A stretch of DNA of 9,675 bases from a virus (Duplodnaviria > Heunggongvirae > Uroviricota > Caudoviricetes), in the IMG/VR virus record IMGVR_UViG_2698536471_000020, positions 1-9,675 of that record, one strand, 5' to 3'. Shown piece after piece: positions 1-6,839 of the stretch. Numbering within the stretch: the stretch's first letter is position 1; each line of letters starts with the position of its first letter. The notes beneath the pieces were generated by a model. That model made no database searches, was not told the origin of the DNA, and saw only the letters and a program-made list of their open reading frames with translations. The translations under genes were made by a program, and so were the position numbers.

Positions 1-38
1 TGTGCCCCCATCGCGCTGGTGAAGAAAACAAGCTCAGA

Positions 39-253
39 TTTTTTGTAAAGAATCTGTCACGCTAAAAGATGTCGAACAAAAATTAACCACAACCATCATC
101 TTTTTTGCATCAACCACATTAAAAACAACAGGTTACACACATGATGATGATGACGATAAAATCACAAAAATGCGCTTTTTTCCGCGCCGCCCGCCCCGTG
201 TTCATACCCACCCCACCAGGAGGACCCGCAAAAAAGGCGGCTGGTGCCGCCTT
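39..253. repeat. Intergenic module copy A (homologous to 2575-2790); includes the capsid-gene terminator
   Basis: Co-linear shared blocks with copy B: ttttttgtaaa, tcgaaca vs tcgacac, triplet run (ATG)4 at 141-152 vs GTG/ATG run at 2675-2689, aaaaatgcgc, tttttccgcgcc, ccgccccgtg, ccaccaggag, A-tract plus GC hairpin. Weaker similarity may extend to position 1 (window edge). Confidence 0.6.
230..253 (-). terminator. Rho-independent terminator after the protease-capsid gene
   Basis: Minus strand reads AA GGCGGC acca GCCGCC TTTTTT G (stems at 236-241 and 246-251), a few nt after the stop codon at 258-260. Confidence 0.7.
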
Positions 254-257
254 GTTG

Positions 258-2147
258 TCAGAGTGAATCTGTCCCGCCTGATTTGACCATACCGCGATAA
301 TCCAGAGCTGCCACACCTGCATCAATACGGACTTTCCAGGCCACGCCGTCAACGATAAAACCTTCCTGCTGTTCAAGGTAAGGCTCGTCATTGCCATCAA
401 GATAAGCCACCTCGATTGTGTCCGTTCCCTGTGCGGAAAGCATGTACCATTGTTTTTCGCTGATATCATCAAGGCGGGGATCGACGATGATATCAAGTAG
501 CTTGTGGTACGGGTTAAAGATCCCGCTGTTTTTATCAGCCCCGAAAGGTGCGGTTGAGTTAATCATCTGCAACGCGCGATCTTCCAGTGCTGCCGGAACT
601 AAAAGGAATTTAGGCGCAATATTCAGCACTTCGCCATTTTTGTCCTTCTGTGTGCGCATCAGGTGACGTGCTGCACTAAGTCCCGGTGTTGTCAGTCCTG
701 CTTCAATCAGGTTGCTGTGTTTTTTGTCAAACAGCGTTATTCCGTCAGAAAGTTTTACGTTGCCTGTAAGCACCAGATTAACCAGATTTCCCACCGTTCT
801 TGATGCTGCACGGCCCATAGCCATTGGCACCGTTGATAACTGATCAAGGTCATCATTGATTATCGCCTGGCGGGTAATGCTGAAAATATTCCCGTAAGTA
901 GCCAGCGCGATGGGTTCACCGCGATCGCTGGTGGTGATGTATTTATATTCTGCCCCTTCCGGAACTTTGTTTAACGTTGAGAAGCCATTCATACCAACGC
1001 GGCGGGCTTCCCGGAAGTTTGAAAGGGAACCTTTTTTCGTCCACTGGCGGAATGTTTCGCCGCTGTGCTCCCAGCCTGCAAGCACTGATTTTTCAGCGCC
1101 ACCAGCAAGGATATCGGTAAAATCGCTGCTGCTGTGGGTGAATGCCGCGTTTACTATCTGCGAGCGTGTGCTGTAGCTGCCCGTGCTTATACCACGATGG
1201 GTTAATGATGCCTGTGCCATATCGAAAAGGCTCATCATGGCGTAAGGATTACCGCGTTCGGCCCGTTCGTGACCAAGACGCGCATTAAGCCCCTGACGCA
1301 TGGCATCGCCAGTTATATTGCCGTTATCCGTGTACGCGTAGTAAAGATTTGCGGGGGTGGTTTTGTTTGTTGGCGTTGATTCTTTACCCATAGCGAGTAA
1401 AAGGCGTTCGCGTGCATTCTCAACGCTACATTCTGAATCCGCAAGACAACTTATAGCCAGGTCGTTATATCTTCCGTTGAAGGTGCCAAACAATTCACGG
1501 ATGCCGTTAAGTCGTTCCTGTTCGCCACTGCCAGTTTTCTGGCTGATCATGCTTTTAATTTTTTCCGGCATATTTGAAAAATCTCCGATTCGTTTTGATT
1601 CAATTCGGGCCATTGCTGTAATCGCGGGTATAACCTCATCTGCGAAACCGTTAGCCTTACACTCATTGCCATCCATCCAGGTTTCCGCCTCCATCATGGA
1701 GGTGATTTCCTGTTTGCTCCTGCCCGTTCTTCCGGCATAGGTTTCTGCCATCGTGTCGCCCAGCTTGTCCATCAGATCAGCAAAGCGGCGAACGTCGCCC
1801 GACACTCCGGCAGTAACACCACGGGGGGCATGTATCATCATCATCGCGTTTTCAGGCATAACGATATGATCTCCACACATGGCAATAAACGAGGCCATAG
1901 AAGCCGCCATGCCTTCAATGTGTACGATTTTTTTTGCCGGATGATTTTTCAGAGCGTTATAGATAGCCAGCCCTTCAAAGATGTCGCCACCAGGTGAATG
2001 GATGCGAAGATGGATTTCAGACGCATTACCACACGCGTTGATCTCGTCAGTAAGTGCCGATGCTTTTACACCGTACCCGCCGATCTCGTCATAAATGCGC
2101 ACATAGACAACATCTGCCATAGCCTTAATGGAAAACCATGTTTTCAT
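258..2147 (-). CDS. Prohead protease (ClpP/S14-like) fused to a scaffold-like linker and a major capsid protein domain (HK97-type, inferred)
   Basis: 629-aa ORF. N-terminal ~190 aa carries ClpP-type signatures (GMAASMAS serine motif, MMMIHAPRG histidine motif). The C-terminal ~300 aa reads as a capsid-like domain by composition and position, not by a specific motif. Start overlaps the upstream small ORF stop (ATGA). Confidence 0.75.
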   Translation of the reverse strand: MKTWFSIKAMADVVYVRIYDEIGGYGVKASALTDEINACGNASEIHLRIHSPGGDIFEGLAIYNALKNHPAKKIVHIEGMAASMASFIAMCGDHIVMPENAMMMIHAPRGVTAGVSGDVRRFADLMDKLGDTMAETYAGRTGRSKQEITSMMEAETWMDGNECKANGFADEVIPAITAMARIESKRIGDFSNMPEKIKSMISQKTGSGEQERLNGIRELFGTFNGRYNDLAISCLADSECSVENARERLLLAMGKESTPTNKTTPANLYYAYTDNGNITGDAMRQGLNARLGHERAERGNPYAMMSLFDMAQASLTHRGISTGSYSTRSQIVNAAFTHSSSDFTDILAGGAEKSVLAGWEHSGETFRQWTKKGSLSNFREARRVGMNGFSTLNKVPEGAEYKYITTSDRGEPIALATYGNIFSITRQAIINDDLDQLSTVPMAMGRAASRTVGNLVNLVLTGNVKLSDGITLFDKKHSNLIEAGLTTPGLSAARHLMRTQKDKNGEVLNIAPKFLLVPAALEDRALQMINSTAPFGADKNSGIFNPYHKLLDIIVDPRLDDISEKQWYMLSAQGTDTIEVAYLDGNDEPYLEQQEGFIVDGVAWKVRIDAGVAALDYRGMVKSGGTDSL

Positions 2148-2371
2148 AGCCAGACCCCTAACGTTGCCCTGTACCAGTATTCAACCGCGCTGCGTGTGAT
2201 TTGTCCTTTCGTGGGTACTGGCATACCCGGGTGATTATCTTTGATGAACTGCTGATAGCGTTCGATCTTCTCCATAGTTCCGGCGTCTATGTGTACCGTG
2301 GCACTTTTATCCGGCTTTCTGGTGTTGTTCTCTGGCATAAATCCGCCTCCGTTTTGATTAACGGGCATCAT
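2144..2371 (-). CDS. Small hypothetical protein, translationally coupled to the protease-capsid gene (more likely start at 2338, giving 64 aa)
   Basis: ORF stop overlaps capsid ATG (ATGA at 2144-2147). The internal ATG at 2336-2338 is preceded by GGAGG at 7-nt spacing, whereas the ATG at 2371 has no clear SD. Function unknown. Confidence 0.45.
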   Translation of the reverse strand: MMPVNQNGGGFMPENNTRKPDKSATVHIDAGTMEKIERYQQFIKDNHPGMPVPTKGQITRSAVEYWYRATLGVWL

Positions 2372-2533
2372 TATTGATCGATAAAAGCAATAGATAAATC
2401 ATTTTCTACCTAAAAATCAGATTATGATTTTTCTGATTATTCTCAGAGAGGCAAAGTTATTGACGCATTTTTGCCATTGAAGCAGTATTAAGACTCGTCA
2501 TCCTGGCGATAAAAACTCCTTTGTCGTGTAAAA

Positions 2534-2569
2534 GCGCCTCCGGTAACAGCAATCGGGGGCGCTTTTTTT
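2534..2569. terminator. Terminator-like GC hairpin with flanking A/T runs, readable on both strands
   Basis: Plus strand: GCGCCTCCG (2534-2542), 11-nt loop, CGGGGGCGC (2554-2562), then T7 (2563-2569). Preceded by AAAA, so the minus strand also reads hairpin plus TTTT with one C/A mismatch. Confidence 0.5.
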
Positions 2570-2574
2570 GCGCC

Positions 2575-2790
2575 TGTTTTTTGTAAATGTTTTCGGGAAC
2601 GTTCCGGTGATGAACAAAAAACAACCTGATTCGACACTAAAAATTTTTATTTCTCAACATATCAATAACTTATAGTGGTGGTGATGGTGCCATAAAAATC
2701 AAAAAATGCGCCTTTTTCCGCGCCCCTCCGCCCCGTGGACAGGCCACCCCCACCAGGAGTACCTACAAAAAAGCCGGATTGCTCCGGCTT
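2575..2790. repeat. Intergenic module copy B (homologous to 39-253); includes the ssb-operon terminator
   Basis: Same block order as copy A; contains triplet run GTGGTGGTGATGGTG (2675-2689), conserved G-rich block on the minus strand (CTCCTGGTGGGGGTGG...CACGGGGCGG...GCGCGGAAAAAGGCGCATTTTTTG) and terminator hairpin 2773-2788. Confidence 0.6.
2767..2790 (-). terminator. Rho-independent terminator after the SSB-like gene
   Basis: Minus strand reads AA GCCGGA gcaa TCCGGC TTTTTT G; SSB-like stop is at 2805-2807. Confidence 0.7.
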
Positions 2791-2804
2791 CTGTCACTCG
2801 TTGC

Positions 2805-3227
2805 TTAAAACGGTATGTTATCCCCGTACGGATCATCGTTACCCGCCTGTTGTTTTGCCCTGTTCAGTGCGTCAGTAGCCTGCCCCTGCTGGCCTTTTTT
2901 GCCGCCCGGTCGCGCCGTTCTCGCACTGATTACGCTGTCTGCGATAACCTGCCAGCCCTGCCGCGTTTCGCCGTTCTGGCCTGTCCACTGGCTTACCTGC
3001 ATGTTACCCGCCACGCTCACCAGCTCGCCTTTGCGGTGTTTTGCCAGTGCGTCGGCCTGTCTGCCAAACGCCAGGACGGATAACCACATCGTAGCCGTTC
3101 CGTCATCTGCCTGGCTGCACGGCAGGGGGACAGCCATACTCGCCATCGTCATTTGTGTGCCCTTGCTGGTGGTCTTTAACTGTGGGTCAGCCACCAGCCG
3201 CCCGTAAGCCGCTATCTGTGCTGTCAT
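2805..3227 (-). CDS. ssb: Single-stranded DNA-binding protein (SSB-like, OB fold with acidic C-terminal tail)
   Basis: 140-aa ORF. The pattern GRLVADPQLK...WLSVLAFGRQADALAKHRKGELVSVAGNMQVSQWTGQNGETRQGWQVIADSV parallels the E. coli SSB OB-fold core; Gly/Gln-rich linker; C-terminus DDPYGDNIPF resembles the canonical SSB DDDIPF tip. ATG overlaps the upstream ORF stop (ATGA). Confidence 0.75.
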   Translation of the reverse strand: MTAQIAAYGRLVADPQLKTTSKGTQMTMASMAVPLPCSQADDGTATMWLSVLAFGRQADALAKHRKGELVSVAGNMQVSQWTGQNGETRQGWQVIADSVISARTARPGGKKGQQGQATDALNRAKQQAGNDDPYGDNIPF

Positions 3228-3502
3228 GATTCCACCTCTACGTTTTTAACGTTGATGGTTGTCACCTGTTCAGCTTCCGCAATCTCCCGCTCTGTCAGCG
3301 TGGCAAAATTTGCCGCCGTCGTGGTCATGAATGCGCTTATCAGGTCGGGATGTTCCTTCGCGTATCCTTCCCCCGCGTGGCGGTCTATCGTTCTGATTGC
3401 CACCTTTAAAGCGTGCTCTGTCATGTCTAACGCGCGATATTTCGGTTCTGTTCTGTCTCTGTGTTTTTTGAGTGATTTATTAAATTTCCCTGAAGTGTGC
3501 AT
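3224..3502 (-). CDS. Hypothetical protein (92 aa from the ATG at 3502), translationally coupled to ssb-like
   Basis: The track ORF extends to 3553, but the ATG at 3500-3502 is preceded by GAGGGGG and the longer form would run into the iteron array. Function unknown. Confidence 0.45.
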   Translation of the reverse strand: MHTSGKFNKSLKKHRDRTEPKYRALDMTEHALKVAIRTIDRHAGEGYAKEHPDLISAFMTTTAANFATLTEREIAEAEQVTTINVKNVEVES

Positions 3503-3550
3503 ATTTATTTTTACCCCCTCGTTTAAAAAGTTTTGAGTTGTGCCTCCCCC

Positions 3551-3775
3551 CATCTACCCATCTACCCGAATGCTCATCATGTCAGTAATGGCGCGGCTTT
3601 CAGCGGGTAGATAGCTTTTTTGGCTCCTCTACCTGCCGTCTACCCTGCTACCTGAAACTGATAAAATCAGGTAGAAGAGGTAGAGAGCTTTTATTAGCCT
3701 TCTACCTGGCCCTCTACCCACTTATCATGTTGAATAATATACGTTTATTTCATTCAGGTAGATGGGGTAGAGGGC
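3551..3775. repeat. Iteron array / putative replication origin
   Basis: At least 11 copies of the hexamer GGTAGA/TCTACC in alternating orientation, in pairs: TCTACC at 3553, 3561, 3628, 3639, 3701, 3713; GGTAGA at 3606, 3670, 3679, 3757, 3766; plus near-copy GCTACC at 3647. Longer unit GGTAGAKRGCTTTT three times; AT-rich spacers. Lies directly 3' of the primase-helicase gene. Confidence 0.65.
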
Positions 3776-3787
3776 TTTTACAAAAAA

Positions 3788-5542
3788 TTATAAAAACGCG
3801 TCGCAATCGTCTGTTGTAATTGCGTTGGTCTGCGTTACTCCCTTAACTTTTCGCGTAATATATTCATGCCCGTAAACTTTCGCCGCTGGCTTCATGGCCT
3901 TGCTGAACTCAGCCACGTTTAGCGGTTTGCTCCTGCCTGCGTATGCCATAAACGCCAGATAGACGCGGTAAAGGCTGTTCCTGGTCGTGTACTTCACTGA
4001 ATCACCACCGCCACCCATCATCAGGCCGCGCGCTTCCTCCAGAAAATTCAGGAACTGGCAAAACTCAATAACCGGATCCGTCTGTTGCTTTATTGCCAGT
4101 GCTTCATCACCGTCACGCTGTTCCAGTAGTAAAGCCCTCGCCTTTTCAGGGTCGGTAAAGTTCGCCAGCAAGCGGCGGATAATAACGGGGATTTCAGCCG
4201 CAATTTTTTCCGGTAGTTCCCTGTCTTTTTCGGCCTCACTAACAATATTGTCGAAACGGAAAATCACGCGACGACGTGCCACACCTCCGGCCCGTTCGGT
4301 GAATATCATCGGGTTATTATTGGTCGCCAGCACCACCGCCCTGATTACCGCCGTGAAACGCTTTTCATATTTCGGGTTTATTTCCACGGGGTCGCCGCCC
4401 GTGATTTTCTTGATGCCCGTTCCTTCGCCTGTATATTTCGGCTGGTCTGCTAGGACGATAAGACGACTCCCGACAACCTGCGCACGTCCACCAGCATCAT
4501 CAAGCGATGTCATTTCAGCGCTTACCGTGTTCTGTTTCCCTGCCAGAAGGCTGGCTATGTGTGTGAATGTACTTTTACCGCTCCCGCCGTCTCCGGTGGC
4601 CTCAATAAACATCTGCCAGTCGTACCGGTTCGCCATAATCATGTACAGCGCGGCACATATACGCATCATCTTGCGCGGGTCTTTTCCGGCTGCGTGCTCA
4701 AGCCATTTATGAAAGTTTGGCGCGTTGTCGCGGATATTCTCCCCTGGTGCTGGTGGCGTGTACTCAATGCCGTTGTGCGTGGTGATCCAGTTCTCCGGCG
4801 TGTGCGGGGAAAATTCCCCCGTTTTCAGGTCAAGCGCACCATTGGCGAACGGCAGCAAATCGCCGGACGGCTCGCCCATTGGTTCGGCAATAACTTTTAA
4901 CGCTTCCACGGCGTTATTGATTACGCGCTTGCTGAAAGTGGCCCTGTGCTCTGAATAGATCGCCACCATTTCGCGGCTAAGTTCCATTGTGCTGACCGGA
5001 CACCATACCCCGCCGCGCCATACGTGAACAATTTCACTTTCAGGATGTACGCAAACGCCATCAAAGCGATCGGCAAGCAGCTGCGCGCGCTCACTGTCCG
5101 CCATCTGCGAAAGTTGCGCCTTTTGCTTTACCGGAAGCTCAATGACCAGACCATCAGAAAGATTCTGGCGTTCACGGGCCAGGTATTCGCGCCAGTTCTG
5201 CACCTCCTTGCCGTGCATACCCTCAGGATAAAAATTTGCATCCTGTACACCAGCCGCCGCCAGCTTTTGACCAATCGCCTTTATCATTACTGGTGCAAGA
5301 TATCCGGCCCTGAATATGCGCACGGATTTTCTGCCTTCCGGCACAATTTGCAGCTTATCCAGTTCTGATAACTGCTGCTCCCCAAGCCACACAGGAGGCT
5401 CATTATCTCCGGCCATACGCGCGTCATGTTCCTGCCATTGTTTTGCGTGTGACCAGGCATCACTACCCGCAAAAATAATGACTTCTGTTTCTTTGTGTTT
5501 TATGCCGCGTGACTGCTGTTTTACGTTCGGTGCCAGTTTCAT
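3788..5542 (-). CDS. Replication protein: primase / SF3-type helicase (P4 alpha C-terminal / D5-like family)
   Basis: 584-aa ORF with Walker A P-loop GDGGSGKST and downstream hydrophobic stretch LIVLAD (Walker B-like); size and position (after alpA and small genes, before origin iterons) as for satellite pri/rep genes. ATG overlaps the upstream ORF stop (ATGA at 5539-5542). Confidence 0.8.
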   Translation of the reverse strand: MKLAPNVKQQSRGIKHKETEVIIFAGSDAWSHAKQWQEHDARMAGDNEPPVWLGEQQLSELDKLQIVPEGRKSVRIFRAGYLAPVMIKAIGQKLAAAGVQDANFYPEGMHGKEVQNWREYLARERQNLSDGLVIELPVKQKAQLSQMADSERAQLLADRFDGVCVHPESEIVHVWRGGVWCPVSTMELSREMVAIYSEHRATFSKRVINNAVEALKVIAEPMGEPSGDLLPFANGALDLKTGEFSPHTPENWITTHNGIEYTPPAPGENIRDNAPNFHKWLEHAAGKDPRKMMRICAALYMIMANRYDWQMFIEATGDGGSGKSTFTHIASLLAGKQNTVSAEMTSLDDAGGRAQVVGSRLIVLADQPKYTGEGTGIKKITGGDPVEINPKYEKRFTAVIRAVVLATNNNPMIFTERAGGVARRRVIFRFDNIVSEAEKDRELPEKIAAEIPVIIRRLLANFTDPEKARALLLEQRDGDEALAIKQQTDPVIEFCQFLNFLEEARGLMMGGGGDSVKYTTRNSLYRVYLAFMAYAGRSKPLNVAEFSKAMKPAAKVYGHEYITRKVKGVTQTNAITTDDCDAFL

Positions 5543-5838
5543 TTTTTACCCCTGAATACGTTAAGCATCTTTTTTATTTCCTGAATATTGGCGCGTGCTT
5601 TCTCCCTGCTGGTGGGCTTGCTGCGTTGCGCTGCCTGCACCAGAGAAAAATCACGGTCGAACTGATAAACGGGCATCACGCAATCATATTCGTAACCTTC
5701 ACGGAGGTAAGTTACGCACCGTCCCGCCACGCCCTTAATCATTACCGTGCCGCCGTACTGGTCGCGGTAAATATCACCGCGCGTAAATTTAGGGTGAGTG
5801 TTGCCACTGGCAGTTAAGCCAGAATATTTAAGTTTCAT
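5539..5838 (-). CDS. Hypothetical protein (99 aa), translationally coupled to the primase gene
   Basis: ORF with GGAGA Shine-Dalgarno about 9-10 nt upstream of the ATG; ATGA overlap with primase start. No motif recognised. Confidence 0.55.
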   Translation of the reverse strand: MKLKYSGLTASGNTHPKFTRGDIYRDQYGGTVMIKGVAGRCVTYLREGYEYDCVMPVYQFDRDFSLVQAAQRSKPTSREKARANIQEIKKMLNVFRGKK

Positions 5839-5843
5839 TATTT

Positions 5844-6074
5844 TTATTCTCCGGTGTGGGGCGCGTTATTATTTTCGTGAATTGCCATTGCCTTATCCAG
5901 TTCATCAATAACAGGCGATAGTAATGTCTGAATGGCTGCAAACATTAATACACCTGATTCCTCACCACCTTCCGGCACTTCAATTAATTTAATTAACAAC
6001 GCATTCATTTCGCGTGCTTTAATTAATGCGTTTTCAGAGTGGATTAATACTTCAAAAGGGATTTTATGCATCAC
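5844..6074 (-). CDS. Hypothetical small acidic protein (76 aa), in an AT-rich segment
   Basis: ORF preceded by AAGGGAG; predicted helical, many Glu/Asp. Local sequence is visibly more AT-rich than flanking genes (GC not computed). Confidence 0.45.
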   Translation of the reverse strand: MMHKIPFEVLIHSENALIKAREMNALLIKLIEVPEGGEESGVLMFAAIQTLLSPVIDELDKAMAIHENNNAPHTGE

Positions 6075-6294
6075 AAATTTTCTCCCTTATTCTTTTAATG
6101 TCCTCATTAAGGATGTCTGTAACTTTTATCAGCGAGTTTTTGGCAATTATTTTTATTGTTTTAAGTTTTCTTTTGTCGTGCTCCGACTGTGATTTTCTCT
6201 CCATAATCTCCACCATGTGGGTAACATCAACGAGCGCACGTATCAGTATTTGCATTGCTTCTTCTGCTGCGTCCGGTGTGGTTTTATTGTGCAT
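6064..6294 (-). CDS. Hypothetical small protein (76 aa), in an AT-rich segment; overlaps the downstream ORF by 11 nt
   Basis: ORF preceded by AGGGGA; Lys/Glu-rich helical composition. No motif recognised. Confidence 0.45.
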   Translation of the reverse strand: MHNKTTPDAAEEAMQILIRALVDVTHMVEIMERKSQSEHDKRKLKTIKIIAKNSLIKVTDILNEDIKRIREKICDA

Positions 6295-6496
6295 AAAGCA
6301 TCCCCTGAATATTCGTGTTAATCATTCCGGCACGTTTTGTGATTTCCTGTAATGATTCCCTTGTGGCGACAATTGCTTCATCTGGTAAGTGGTAATTACA
6401 CACCACGCGACCTTTATCCACATTGACCAGTAGCTGCCCTGTGAATTTCTCACGAAACTGAATGCGGTTAAGGTCAGTAAGTGACAGATTAATCAT
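6284..6496 (-). CDS. Hypothetical protein (70 aa from the ATG at 6496), start overlaps the icd-like stop
   Basis: Strong SD AGGAGG 6 nt upstream of the ATG at 6494-6496; ATGATTAA start/stop overlap with the icd-like gene. The track ORF start at 6538 lies inside icd-like and lacks an SD. Confidence 0.5.
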   Translation of the reverse strand: MINLSLTDLNRIQFREKFTGQLLVNVDKGRVVCNYHLPDEAIVATRESLQEITKRAGMINTNIQGMLYAQ

Positions 6497-6677
6497 GGCG
6501 CACCTCCTGACGAATACGGGCGGCAAATACAGCAACACAACCGGACGGGCAACGGTTACGCGCTTCGCGTTCCGTCCAGGCGGTTACGTGGATGATTTGA
6601 TGTTCTGACGCGCCAAAGATGATAAAGCGCCAGAGAAAGGCGGTTTGAGAATGTACAAGGGTAGGGATAGTAGCCAT
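6489..6677 (-). CDS. Icd-like small protein (host cell division inhibitor Icd-like family, 62 aa)
   Basis: It is the C-terminal tail of the 416-codon track ORF, but a strong SD (GAGGAGG) sits 8 nt upstream of the internal ATG at 6675-6677. Sequence MATIPTLVHSQTAFLWRFIIFGASEHQIIHVTAWTEREARNRCPSGCVAVFAARIRQEVRHD fits the remembered Icd-like pattern (F-W-RF ... ERxAR ... FAARxP/Q-E); family assignment is from memory, not a search. Confidence 0.6.
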   Translation of the reverse strand: MATIPTLVHSQTAFLWRFIIFGASEHQIIHVTAWTEREARNRCPSGCVAVFAARIRQEVRHD

Positions 6678-6839
6678 GTTGGCAGCCTCCTCAGTGTGGT
6701 TAAGATAACCGCCACCGGAAACGCCAATTTCGCTGGTGGCGGACTGTACAGGGTTGGCGTAACCGGACACTGAAGAAACCGGCGCGGATTGCTCCGCCCC
6801 CGTACAGCCCACCATTGATAAGGTGTGACTATGCGGCAC

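Noticed and set aside
119-2234. Track ORFs 119-496(-), 418-666(+), 910-1176(+), 1357-1740(+), 1998-2234(+)
   Set aside because: All lie inside or antisense to the 629-aa protease-capsid ORF, lack Shine-Dalgarno sequences and have non-protein-like composition; treated as shadow ORFs.
2372-2533. 14-codon minus-strand mini-ORF (MTSLNTASMAKMRQ) downstream of an AAGGAG
   Set aside because: SD-ATG spacing is about 14 nt and there is no conservation evidence; likely fortuitous.
2706-3536. Plus-strand ORFs 2706-3083, 2815-3207 and 3252-3536
   Set aside because: Antisense to the ssb-like gene and its partner. The 2706 ORF starts inside the repeated intergenic module, where the two copies are out of frame with each other, so it is not a conserved protein.
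3551-3775. Possible CRISPR array
   Set aside because: The repeats are 6-14 bp iterons in both orientations with irregular AT-rich spacing, not 25-40 bp direct repeats with unique spacers. No CRISPR-like array elsewhere in the window.
3987-5817. ORFs 3987-4712(+), 4559-4900(+), 4725-4958(+), 5024-5368(+), 5287-5472(-), 5316-5555(+), 5509-5817(+)
   Set aside because: Overlap the primase-helicase or the 99-aa gene in other frames or antisense; compositions are Ser/Cys/Arg-rich; no ribosome-binding sites.
5932-6352. Plus-strand ORFs 5932-6192 and 6026-6352
   Set aside because: Antisense to the two 76-aa minus-strand ORFs, whose operon context (SD sequences, overlaps) is more convincing; hydrophobic low-complexity translations typical of AT-rich antisense frames.
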